Source of the DNA: a virus
Length of the DNA: 64,000 nt
Direction: 5' to 3' (one strand)
IMG/VR virus record: IMGVR_UViG_3300025127_000013
Coordinates: 1-64,000 of that record
Made by a program: the position numbers and the translations under genes. Numbering within the stretch: the first letter of the stretch is position 1; each line of letters starts with the position of its first letter. Of the stretch, positions 7,951-15,876 are shown in pieces. The notes below the pieces were generated by a model that did not search any database, was not told where the DNA came from, and saw nothing but the letters and a program-made list of their open reading frames with translations.

Positions 7951-8747
7951 ACCCAAATGAAGAGAAAACTCTCAGAGAAAGTATAAGACTTGCGATTCGT
8001 GCTGTCAAGCAGAAACGTCAAAATATTGTAAATGAACAAGAACAAAAATTACGAGAAATTATTCGTGGTTTCATGACACTAGAAGAATCCCAAATCAAAG
8101 AAGGAACTCCTGATGTAGATCCAACTCCAAATAAATCTACTGGCATTAATGTATTAGAACAATTGCTTAAGAAAATTGTACCAATCCTAGAAGAAGATTA
8201 TAAGTCTTTGACGACTAATAAAAATCAAAGAGATTCATATCGAGCACACATTGTAAATGCTGTTGAGAACTCATTAACACCAGCAATTATGAACAATGAA
8301 GCCGGCGATGAAGAAGATGGTGATCTTGAAGAAGTTGTGGATATCAAAGTTGGCGGAGAAATGGATGATGATAAATTCATTGATATTAGAAGCCCGGCTG
8401 AAATAGCTGCAGATTCAGCAGACGATACAGATCCTAGAGATGAATTTGGTAAAAATATTGATGGTGATGAAACCGGTCGAAATATGGCATATGAGTCATA
8501 CAAAAAAATTGAAACAAATGTAATCGATTCATATGAACTGCTTTCGGATGCTGAAGATCAAGAACTATTTTACGATTACTTAATTGCAAACCTTAAAATG
8601 TACTTTAACAAATTTGAAGAAGAGTTGTCACCAGATGTTCCAGAGCCAACAAATCAAGCTTATGATATGGCTCAAAAAGATAAAGATGTACAGACCCAAG
8701 AGCCCGGTGAAGCACCTGAAACTGATGATCTTGAACTTGATATATAA
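7947..8747 (+). CDS. Acidic hypothetical protein, probable head-associated
   Basis: LRESIR/LREIIR helices and many LxE sites; ATGA overlap with upstream gene. Confidence 0.75.
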   Translation: MNPNEEKTLRESIRLAIRAVKQKRQNIVNEQEQKLREIIRGFMTLEESQIKEGTPDVDPTPNKSTGINVLEQLLKKIVPILEEDYKSLTTNKNQRDSYRAHIVNAVENSLTPAIMNNEAGDEEDGDLEEVVDIKVGGEMDDDKFIDIRSPAEIAADSADDTDPRDEFGKNIDGDETGRNMAYESYKKIETNVIDSYELLSDAEDQELFYDYLIANLKMYFNKFEEELSPDVPEPTNQAYDMAQKDKDVQTQEPGEAPETDDLELDI

Positions 8748-8764
8748 TTTTTTAAATAAAATAC

Positions 8765-8793
8765 TTGACAAGTTTGAATATTAGGGTTACACT
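8765..8793 (+). promoter_or_regulatory. Sigma70-type promoter
   Basis: TTGACA-17 nt-TACACT. Confidence 0.7.
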
Positions 8794-8798
8794 TTGTT

Positions 8799-8833
8799 TG
8801 TGACAATCACTTGCTAGCACTGTGACTATCACA
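8799..8833. promoter_or_regulatory. Tandem palindromic operator-like sites
   Basis: TGTGACAATCAC(T) at 8799 and TGTGACTATCACA at 8821, 22 bp apart, at and just downstream of the predicted +1. Confidence 0.6.
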
Positions 8834-8843
8834 TATATAATTT

Positions 8844-9188
8844 ATGAAATTAAATACACTATCAGGTATATCAACTATCACTAAATTAAAAGATCATAAT
8901 AAAATTAATGATCAGTTATTAACCTGCATTAACAGTTTAAAATTAGAAGATCTGATAGCTATTAAATTAGAATTATCATCACAGCATGTTAATAATAGAT
9001 TATACGGCCTTGACATCTGGCGAAGAACACCTTACATTGTTAGAGATGGAATACTAAAGTTTTCTCTTTCAGTTGCAAAATCAAAAAAAGATGCTGCCAG
9101 ATTCTTAGGGCTAACATATGTCGAATACATGCGACATCTTAAAGATTTTAATACTAGAGAATATTTTGAGGACAAAGAAAATGTTTAG
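8844..9188 (+). CDS. Fis-like helix-turn-helix protein
   Basis: C-terminal SKKDAARFLGLTYVEYMRHLK resembles the Fis/NtrC HTH. Confidence 0.6.
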   Translation: MKLNTLSGISTITKLKDHNKINDQLLTCINSLKLEDLIAIKLELSSQHVNNRLYGLDIWRRTPYIVRDGILKFSLSVAKSKKDAARFLGLTYVEYMRHLKDFNTREYFEDKENV

Positions 9189-9780
9189 ATTATTACCACT
9201 CGTCACAGCAATTGCCTGCGGCCCCAGCAAATTAGAAACGACAGAAAATAGAGATACACAAACATCTGAACCACTGCCGATTCCTACAGAATTTGGAGTT
9301 ATATCCGCTCCTGATTGCAGTCAGGCTGGTCCGGGCGATTATGCATGCAATGTGGTGCTTTATGACCAAGATAAAATTCCATGGCAACTTTATCAACACA
9401 GAGGTAAAGTGGTTGTTTTAGATTTTTCAGCTAGTTGGTGTCCGCCATGTCAGAACTCTGGCATGTTTGTACAACCCATACAAGATGATTATGAAGATGA
9501 TGTTATATTTGCCACACTTTTAATTGATGGGTATACTTTGGGTGTAGAGCCCACAGATGATGAAATAGCTGATTGGGTTGACAGTCACAATATTACTACT
9601 GCTCCAGTTTTGTATGCTAGCAGAGATTTAGTATTTGATCCAACTGGAACTGGCATCGAAGGATATGTCATTGAAGGTTTCCCTACTTATATATATATCG
9701 GTCGAGACGGTGTAATAGCTGAAGGTCATACTGGTTTTAGTGAGACATATGTTAGAACTATCATTGAAAGGTTAAGATAA
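9181..9780 (+). CDS. TlpA/thioredoxin-like lipoprotein
   Basis: Start 9181; signal peptide ending in lipobox-like AIAC; GKVVVLDFSASWCPPC and GFPT (cis-Pro) motifs. Confidence 0.85.
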   Translation: MFRLLPLVTAIACGPSKLETTENRDTQTSEPLPIPTEFGVISAPDCSQAGPGDYACNVVLYDQDKIPWQLYQHRGKVVVLDFSASWCPPCQNSGMFVQPIQDDYEDDVIFATLLIDGYTLGVEPTDDEIADWVDSHNITTAPVLYASRDLVFDPTGTGIEGYVIEGFPTYIYIGRDGVIAEGHTGFSETYVRTIIERLR

Positions 9781-9989
9781 TGTGGAAAGTATATAAATAT
9801 AATGGAGATTACATCCAAGGTGAGCTTGTAAGCAAGCATTCTTCTGAAAATGCTGCACTCAAGGCGGCCAAAAAAAGCATTGGTTATACTTTTTGTGAAA
9901 AAAAGAAAGTTAATAAAGAAATAAGAATTTGGCTTGATGGTGTAAATTATGCACCATTGGGTGTAATTATAAAAAACACAAGGGGATGA
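9780..9989 (+). CDS. Hypothetical protein (stop codon lies inside the tmRNA 5' end)
   Basis: TAATG coupling to upstream gene; 69 aa. Confidence 0.6.
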   Translation: MWKVYKYNGDYIQGELVSKHSSENAALKAAKKSIGYTFCEKKKVNKEIRIWLDGVNYAPLGVIIKNTRG

Positions 9990-10319
9990 TTAGGCTTCGA
10001 CAGGGCAACAAAGAGGAATAGTGCAAGCAGGTTAGATACGACCTTGACAGTTCAAACAATTTAGTTGCAAACAACAACTTACACTTCGACGAAGCCGCTC
10101 GTTTAGCTGCTTAATCGGGAGGCTGATTAGAGCCTTCTATCCAATCTAATCAATACAACAGACAAGTTGTAAAAATCAAAAAACTCAATGCAACAAGATG
10201 GTAAGCATTGTTTTATAGCCATCTATCTTTGTCAGTTTGGTAAAGAAACTGGATAAGCTTGTGAATGACTACAATTGGATGTGTTCTGGACCCGGGTTCG
10301 ATTCCCGGCATCTCCACCA
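9982..10319 (+). ncRNA. ssrA: tmRNA; tag peptide ANNNLHFDEAARLAA (10067-10114)
   Basis: 5' GGGGATG pairs with 3' CATCTCC-A-CCA including the G3.U Ala determinant; GGCTTCGAC 5' motif; T-arm CCGGG-TTCGATT-CCCGG; resume codon GCA; tag ends in LAA. Confidence 0.95.
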
Positions 10320-10358
10320 TTTTAAAACATAACTACTTATAGTGATACAAGGAGTATT

Positions 10359-10541
10359 ATGTTTAATCTATTTAAGAAAAAAACCATTCAAAAAGAAAAA
10401 ATTGAAAATCATTTCATAAATGACAAGATGGAAAAATCACTATGGGATATAAAAGAAGTATACGATCTTGAAACTGAAGAAGTTGAAAGAGTGGTAATTG
10501 AAAAAAGAAATTTTGAATTGTTAAGAAATGAAATAAAATAA
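10359..10541 (+). CDS. Hypothetical protein
   Basis: SD AAGGAG; 60 aa. Confidence 0.6.
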   Translation: MFNLFKKKTIQKEKIENHFINDKMEKSLWDIKEVYDLETEEVERVVIEKRNFELLRNEIK

Positions 10542-10562
10542 GCACCATATATAATATGGTGT

Positions 10563-10820
10563 ATGGAAGATCTTAATAGAATTGAAGTCGGCGATATAGT
10601 AAGAGAAGTCAACTATATCGCCTATTTTAATGCACCAAGAAAAGCACAAGTTGGGATAGTAATAAAAATATATGACTCAAAAAGCGACCCATGGAAATCA
10701 TATTCACAAACACTGGCTAAAATTTATTGGTTTAAAAGTAAAAAATATGAAGTAATTCCCATCTATTTATTGACTCATTATGATCAGAAATTATCGGGGT
10801 ATCAATGTGAAAAAATATAG
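10563..10820 (+). CDS. Small KOW/SH3-like protein
   Basis: IEVGDIVRE...VGIVIKI...AKIYW pattern. Confidence 0.6.
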   Translation: MEDLNRIEVGDIVREVNYIAYFNAPRKAQVGIVIKIYDSKSDPWKSYSQTLAKIYWFKSKKYEVIPIYLLTHYDQKLSGYQCEKI

Positions 10821-11028
10821 AATTGATGACATTGTGTATTATGAGCCATTTAAAGATGATGACACAATAAAATCAGAAATTTTAAAAAACATTTCAAAAA
10901 AATCTGTTATACTTGAAATATATGACACCAAAAATAATAGATATGAATTTTATGATTATAAAATTTGTATAATTGATTCTGGTGAAATTAAAAAAGTTAA
11001 AGAAAAATATCTAACACTTAAGGAGTAG
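10807..11028 (+). CDS. Small KOW/SH3-like protein
   Basis: GTG start; YRIDDIVYY...VILEI...YKI...VKEKYL. Confidence 0.55.
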   Translation: MKKYRIDDIVYYEPFKDDDTIKSEILKNISKKSVILEIYDTKNNRYEFYDYKICIIDSGEIKKVKEKYLTLKE

Positions 11029-11030
11029 AA

Positions 11031-11510
11031 ATGTCTGATGACAGCAAACCAACAGTTATGGTTTCTGGCGGGTTCGATCCAGTCCATGTAGGTCACATTC
11101 GTATGATTTTAGAAGCATCTAAATATGGAGATGTAATCGTTATTGCAAATACTGATAATTGGTTGCATAGAAAAAAAGGCTTTGTCTTTATGGAGTGGGA
11201 TCGCCGAGCAGAAATTCTTAATGCTTTGAAGGGAGTCATATTAGTTGATTCAGTAGACGATTCTGATGGTACGGTCTGTGAAGCGATTAGACGACTTAAG
11301 CCAACCTACTTTGCCAACGGCGGCGACAGAGGAAGGCACAACACTCCTGAACAGCAAGTTTGTGAAGAAATGGGAATAGAAATGTTGTGGGGCATTGGAG
11401 GTGATTACAAAGCCGATGCATCAAGTGATCTTGTTGACAGGTTCAGAAAACACAGAAATTCTGACCATGAGCTTAAAAACAATATGGGAAATAAACCCTC
11501 CGGTCGTTAA
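11031..11510 (+). CDS. HIGH-family cytidylyltransferase (RfaE domain II/TagD-like)
   Basis: SGGFDPVHVGH, FANGGDR, SSDL motifs; SD AAGGAG. Confidence 0.9.
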   Translation: MSDDSKPTVMVSGGFDPVHVGHIRMILEASKYGDVIVIANTDNWLHRKKGFVFMEWDRRAEILNALKGVILVDSVDDSDGTVCEAIRRLKPTYFANGGDRGRHNTPEQQVCEEMGIEMLWGIGGDYKADASSDLVDRFRKHRNSDHELKNNMGNKPSGR

Positions 11511-11546
11511 CAAATTTGACTAAGAATATAATATACTAGTTAAAAT

Positions 11547-12083
11547 ATGGGACATTCTTCAGTAAATACCAATATTAAAACCCTTAAACTCGACATCTCT
11601 TACAGGCCAATTGAAATAGTTGATGCGGTGGATGCATTAGTATTGTGTCTAATTGGTAAAGCACAAGCAATTGAAAATTACAAAAAAGAAATAAGTTCCG
11701 TCAGCGATAGTTTTAAGCTGCCTGCCGTTATTGTTTTAAAAAGATTTGTTAAATTTCATTTTAAAATTGTCTCTGCACACCGTCGAGAAATTATTTTAAG
11801 AGACAATAATCAATGTCAATATTGTAGCATTGAACTACCAAGCGATAAACTCACTCTTGATCATATTGTACCAAAAAGTAAGGGTGGTAAAAACACTTGG
11901 GATAATTTAGTTGCTGCATGTAAGAAATGCAATCAAAAAAAAGGAAATAGGACACCTGAGCAAGCTAATATGAAATTAATTTGTAAACCCGTAAAACCAA
12001 AATATAATATTCTTCGTTCTGTAGGTAAAAATCAAGTATCAGAATTGTGGAAAAACTATCTCTGGGAATCTAATGAGAAATAA
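11547..12083 (+). CDS. HNH endonuclease (McrA-like)
   Basis: RDNNQCQYC...TLDHIVPKSKGGKNTWDNLVAACKKCNQKKGNRTP. Confidence 0.92.
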   Translation: MGHSSVNTNIKTLKLDISYRPIEIVDAVDALVLCLIGKAQAIENYKKEISSVSDSFKLPAVIVLKRFVKFHFKIVSAHRREIILRDNNQCQYCSIELPSDKLTLDHIVPKSKGGKNTWDNLVAACKKCNQKKGNRTPEQANMKLICKPVKPKYNILRSVGKNQVSELWKNYLWESNEK

Positions 12084-12318
12084 AAGTATGATTTGTTATT
12101 TATCTGAAATTGGTCACGGTAATTTTTATTACCCAACTGACATCAAAGCTGTATTAAATGATTTATGTGAATGCGAACCAATGAATTACCTTGGCGGTTC
12201 ATCAAGAAATTTAAAAGCAGTGAAAGTGAAAAGCAGTTGTTTAGTGCCTTTAGAATTAAACGATAGCTTTGTAAATAAAAATTTAAACAGTTACTCAATT
12301 GTTTGGGTTAAAATTTGA
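12073..12318 (+). CDS. Hypothetical protein
   Basis: 81-aa ORF overlapping the HNH gene end. Confidence 0.55.
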   Translation: MRNKSMICYLSEIGHGNFYYPTDIKAVLNDLCECEPMNYLGGSSRNLKAVKVKSSCLVPLELNDSFVNKNLNSYSIVWVKI

Positions 12319-12343
12319 CAATCAAATTATAGCATGTTATTAT
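12315..12343 (+). promoter_or_regulatory. Sigma70-type promoter for tRNA-Asn
   Basis: TTGACA-17 nt-TATTAT with extended TG, ~10 nt upstream of the tRNA. Confidence 0.75.
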
Positions 12344-12352
12344 AGTTTATAT

Positions 12353-12428
12353 TGCCCCTTAGCTCAGTTGGTAGAGCAAGCGACTGTTAATCGCTGGGTC
12401 CGCGGTTCAAACCCGCGAGGGGCAGCCA
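12353..12428 (+). tRNA. tRNA-Asn (GTT)
   Basis: Canonical cloverleaf; acceptor TGCCCCT/AGGGGCA, anticodon loop CTGTTAA, encoded CCA. Confidence 0.95.
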
Positions 12429-12446
12429 TTAAACATAGGAGAAAAC

Positions 12447-12923
12447 ATGTCTGTTTTAAAAAGACTACAATCACTTAATTTATCAGATGACTCAATCATT
12501 ACACTTATCCGTGAAGAAGGGACTGATGTATTCGTACATAATGAGACAGAAGTAGAAGATGCGATCAATGAAACTACCGTAGTTGAAGATTTCGCATCTT
12601 TAATTTCTAACACAGAACTTGATGCTAGAAATAGATGGAGTGGAAACATTATTGAACATCTAAGAGAAAATGACTTTCTTGATGATTATGAAAGAGGTAC
12701 GAATGCCTTTGAAGATTATCTTGCAGAAACATTATCAGAAAACTTTTATGATGTTGATTTAATTGAGTATTCTACAGAAAAATATGATCACAAACGAGGA
12801 TTTACAACCTTAACTGCTCAAGTGGAAGTTCCATTTTCTAATTTTGCGGAAGTCAATCCATTCGTAAGTGGTTGGACCGTATCGGTTCAAACTGATAACG
12901 GTACACTCACATTTGATGCATAA
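12447..12923 (+). CDS. Acidic hypothetical protein
   Basis: SD AGGAG; 158 aa. Confidence 0.75.
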   Translation: MSVLKRLQSLNLSDDSIITLIREEGTDVFVHNETEVEDAINETTVVEDFASLISNTELDARNRWSGNIIEHLRENDFLDDYERGTNAFEDYLAETLSENFYDVDLIEYSTEKYDHKRGFTTLTAQVEVPFSNFAEVNPFVSGWTVSVQTDNGTLTFDA

Positions 12924-12973
12924 TGATTAACTGTTTAGAAAGCCCAGCCTATATAATTAAGGAGGGTACGGTT

Positions 12974-13036
12974 ATGAACTGTTGTGATAAATGTGAATGT
13001 TCAACATCTTGCAATTGCGAATGTTGTTGCAGTTAG
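12974..13036 (+). CDS. Metallothionein-like 20-aa peptide MNCCDKCECSTSCNCECCCS
   Basis: Strong SD AAGGAGG ending 8 nt upstream; 9 of 20 residues Cys in CC, CxC and CCC arrangement; below the ORF-track cutoff. Confidence 0.65.
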   Translation: MNCCDKCECSTSCNCECCCS

Positions 13037-13041
13037 TGCTG

Positions 13042-13130
13042 TTCTGCTCACTTATTAGCAGAAGGTGGCTGCCGATCCTACGTAGGCAGAGGTTTCCGGT
13101 TTCCTAAGTCCTAGGCAAAAAACCGGGTTT
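13042..13130 (+). ncRNA. Three-hairpin structured element (ncRNA, processing signal or terminator)
   Basis: Stems TTCTGCT/AGCAGAA, CTGCC/GGCAG, CCGGTTT..CCTA/TAGG..AAACCGG followed by a T-run; GC-rich in AT-rich DNA. Confidence 0.45.
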
Positions 13131-13135
13131 TATAT

Positions 13136-13209
13136 TGGGGTGAAGTGCCACTGGAAGGTACACCGGGCTGTTACCCCGGCCGCTGTTGGTTCAAGTCCAA
13201 CCGCCCCAG
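13136..13209 (+). tRNA. Atypical tRNA-Asn (GTT), no encoded CCA
   Basis: Acceptor TGGGGTG/CGCCCCA + G73; anticodon arm CCGGG-CTGTTAC-CCCGG; T-arm GTTGG-TTCAAGT-CCAAC; A at position 8 and unusual D-arm. Confidence 0.8.
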
Positions 13210-13235
13210 TTTTTTTGTAATCGCATAATTACTAT

Positions 13236-13385
13236 GTGGAAACTGTTGCAGAATTATTAATATTAGCCATGTCAATGTTTTTAGCAGCTTTTTTCTGTTT
13301 TAGAGTTTTGTTATTACCTGATAACATTGAAAGAACAATTAATAAAATTGACGAAGTGGAACACACAATTCAAGAACAAAAATAA
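13236..13385 (+). CDS. Small single-pass membrane protein (49 aa), not in the ORF track
   Basis: GTG start 4 nt after TAATTA; METVAELLILAMSMFLAAFFCFRVLLLPDNIERTINKIDEVEHTIQEQK. Confidence 0.55.
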   Translation: METVAELLILAMSMFLAAFFCFRVLLLPDNIERTINKIDEVEHTIQEQK

Positions 13386-13390
13386 AATAA

Positions 13391-13466
13391 GCCTGCATAG
13401 CTCAATTGGTAGAGCAACGGTTTTGTAAACCGTAGGTTGTGGGTTCAAGTCCCTCTGCAGGCACCA
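13391..13466 (+). tRNA. tRNA-Thr (TGT)
   Basis: Acceptor GCCTGCA/TGCAGGC, anticodon arm ACGGT-TTTGTAA-ACCGT, encoded CCA; one T.T mismatch in the T stem. Confidence 0.93.
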
Positions 13467-13527
13467 CTTGTAATATTATTAAACATACTTTCAAATGCTG
13501 ATACTATATAATGTATAGAAGGCAGGT

Positions 13528-14865
13528 ATGTCGAAAAAGAAAAATTATGTGTTAGATACTAGTGTTTATCTAACAGATGCAGATGCTATATATAAGTTTG
13601 ATAATCATGATATTTTTATCCCTCTTAAAGTTCTAGAAGAGGTCGATAATCACAAGAAAAGACAAGACTCAGTTGGCTCTAATGCAAGACAATTTATTCG
13701 CACTCTTGATGAACTCAGAGCTAAAGGTTCACTTGAAAACGGTGTAAGAATTGAAAAAGGAATGGGTATTATAAAAGTAATATCTTATTCAAATCTAAAC
13801 AATATAATTTTTCCACCAGATTTGGACATGAGACTGCCAGATCACACTATAATCGCTACTGCTAAAACCATTCAAGCAACTTTGCCAGATAGAAAAACAA
13901 TAATGGTAAGTCGTGACATCAATATGAGAGTGATATGTGACTCTATTGGAATCCCGGCTGAGGATTTTATTTCCGAAAAAGCTGTTAGAACATCCGAGGA
14001 GTTATACAACGGGTTTGTAATACATTCTGTTGATGATCAGATAGTTGATCAGTACTATGCTGGAGAAGATGTTTTTATCGAAGAGGATGACTTTAAAGAA
14101 CCTTGGTACCCTAATCAATATGTCATGTTAGTTTCCAATGCAAATGAGAAAAAGTCTGCTCTCGCAAGATATAAGAATTCTTTTGAGCCCCTGCAGCAAG
14201 TTATCAATAAGGACATTCATGATTGGAACATTAATGCCAGAAACAAAGAGCAAGCATTTGCCATTGATTTACTTTTGAACCCTGATATTAAAATTGTGTC
14301 TTTAATTGGCCGTGCTGGCTCAGGAAAGACTTTAATGGCAATCGCTGCAGGGTTACAACAAACTATAGGCTTGCGAGGCGAGAACAACCATTATGACCGA
14401 ATGATAGTATCTCGACCGGTTCAACCATTAGGTAAAGATATTGGCTTCTTGCCGGGCACTATGGAAGAAAAGATGCTACCATGGTTAATGCCAATTCAAG
14501 ATAATCTTAAATTTTTGATGGGTGATAGAACATCACTTGAAATGTATATGGAAAAAGGTAAGATCGAATTAGAAGCTTTAACATATATAAGAGGACGATC
14601 GATTGCTAATGCATTTATTGTTATTGATGAGGCACAAAACCTAACTAAACATGAAGTTAAAACAATTATCACTCGCATTGGAGAGGGCACCAAAATCATA
14701 CTTACTGGTGATATTGAACAAATTGATAATGTTTATGTTAATGAAACATCTAACGGACTAGCTCATGCTATTGAAAAGTTTAAAGAGTATCCAATAGCTG
14801 GTCATGTTACATTTAGAAAAGGTGAGCGATCAGAACTCGCTACACTAGCTTCAAAAGTATTGTAA
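13528..14865 (+). CDS. phoH: PIN-PhoH (PhoH2/YlaK-like) ATPase/RNase
   Basis: N-terminal PIN (VLDTSV, SRDINMR); Walker A GRAGSGKT; GFLPG, YIRGRS, IDEAQN, GDIEQID. Confidence 0.95.
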   Translation: MSKKKNYVLDTSVYLTDADAIYKFDNHDIFIPLKVLEEVDNHKKRQDSVGSNARQFIRTLDELRAKGSLENGVRIEKGMGIIKVISYSNLNNIIFPPDLDMRLPDHTIIATAKTIQATLPDRKTIMVSRDINMRVICDSIGIPAEDFISEKAVRTSEELYNGFVIHSVDDQIVDQYYAGEDVFIEEDDFKEPWYPNQYVMLVSNANEKKSALARYKNSFEPLQQVINKDIHDWNINARNKEQAFAIDLLLNPDIKIVSLIGRAGSGKTLMAIAAGLQQTIGLRGENNHYDRMIVSRPVQPLGKDIGFLPGTMEEKMLPWLMPIQDNLKFLMGDRTSLEMYMEKGKIELEALTYIRGRSIANAFIVIDEAQNLTKHEVKTIITRIGEGTKIILTGDIEQIDNVYVNETSNGLAHAIEKFKEYPIAGHVTFRKGERSELATLASKVL

Positions 14866-14888
14866 AATAACATTTTACATGTTATAAT
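14860..14888 (+). promoter_or_regulatory. Sigma70-type promoter
   Basis: TTGTAA-17 nt-TATAAT with extended TG. Confidence 0.65.
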
Positions 14889-14909
14889 AGTTTTATAGGA
14901 GATATAACT

Positions 14910-15230
14910 ATGAGCAACAAAAAACAACAAACAACCGCCATTACAGAAGAACAAGCCCACTTAAATCCTGTGTTGGCCATGACGGTTGAAAAAGATTCAG
15001 AACTAAAAAGTTATTTAGTTGATTATGTGGGTACAAAATTTGATCAAGAAAATGTAACTGTGAATATGGTTGCAGAAATTTTAGCAACTGAATTTCCAGA
15101 TTTTATGTATGCTATGGCAGAAGAAAATTTTCTCAGAGGATATCAACTTGGCCTAAATGATGCAATAAATGGTTTTACTGAATTAGAAGATGAAGACTTA
15201 CATACAACAAAGACAACAAAAACTTCGTGA
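14910..15230 (+). CDS. Hypothetical protein
   Basis: SD AGGAG; 106 aa. Confidence 0.75.
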   Translation: MSNKKQQTTAITEEQAHLNPVLAMTVEKDSELKSYLVDYVGTKFDQENVTVNMVAEILATEFPDFMYAMAEENFLRGYQLGLNDAINGFTELEDEDLHTTKTTKTS

Positions 15231-15876
15231 ATCGCAGACAAATTTTTACACCCCGTCTGGGATTCATGTTTATGTAAAAGAACCTGTAAATCAAACCGTT
15301 GTTAGTCGGGCTCTAAATATGTTAGAGGAAAGAGTACCGATCCATATACTATCTGAAATAGAAATGATTATATTTGGTTGGTTTGCTGAATTTGATGAGC
15401 GAGGCTTACAAGCATATTTTGATGGTGGAACAATTTTTGTATCTAATCTTTTTGATGATGAGAAAGAATTATTTGAAACTTTGATTCACGAAACAGCACA
15501 TGCAGTTGAAGCAACATATGGCTATGAAATTTACGGCGATGATAAAATAAAGCAAGAATTTATCAGAAAAAGACAGTACCTTCACGATATTTTATGGAAA
15601 GAAGGCTACAAAATGCCAATATCTGTTTTTCTTGACACAGAATACGACCAAGAATTTGATGAAATGCTGTATCAAAAAATTGGTTATGGCAAACTGGATG
15701 GCTATGCTGCTGGCATTTTTATTACATCATATGGTGCTACTTCTCTAAGAGAATACTTTGCAACCGCATTTGATGATTACTTTATGAATCCTAATCACTC
15801 ATTTTTAAAAAAGATTAGTCCTGCAGTTTATGAAAAAATAAATTTAGTTTTAAGTGAAGAAGAACTTGACATTTGA
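15190..15876 (+). CDS. Zincin-like metallopeptidase (lethal-factor-like HExxH...EYFA)
   Basis: LIHETAHAVE and YGATSLREYFA. Confidence 0.7.
   Translation: MKTYIQQRQQKLRESQTNFYTPSGIHVYVKEPVNQTVVSRALNMLEERVPIHILSEIEMIIFGWFAEFDERGLQAYFDGGTIFVSNLFDDEKELFETLIHETAHAVEATYGYEIYGDDKIKQEFIRKRQYLHDILWKEGYKMPISVFLDTEYDQEFDEMLYQKIGYGKLDGYAAGIFITSYGATSLREYFATAFDDYFMNPNHSFLKKISPAVYEKINLVLSEEELDI

Noticed and set aside
11547-12083. Intron- or intein-associated homing endonuclease
   Set aside because: Free-standing ORF that interrupts no gene; no intron or intein motifs seen
13136-13209. Ochre suppressor tRNA (TTA visible in the loop) and stop-codon recoding
   Set aside because: The 5-bp stem and 7-nt loop place GTT at positions 34-36; long ORFs are intact in the standard code and TAA, TGA and TAG all act as stops
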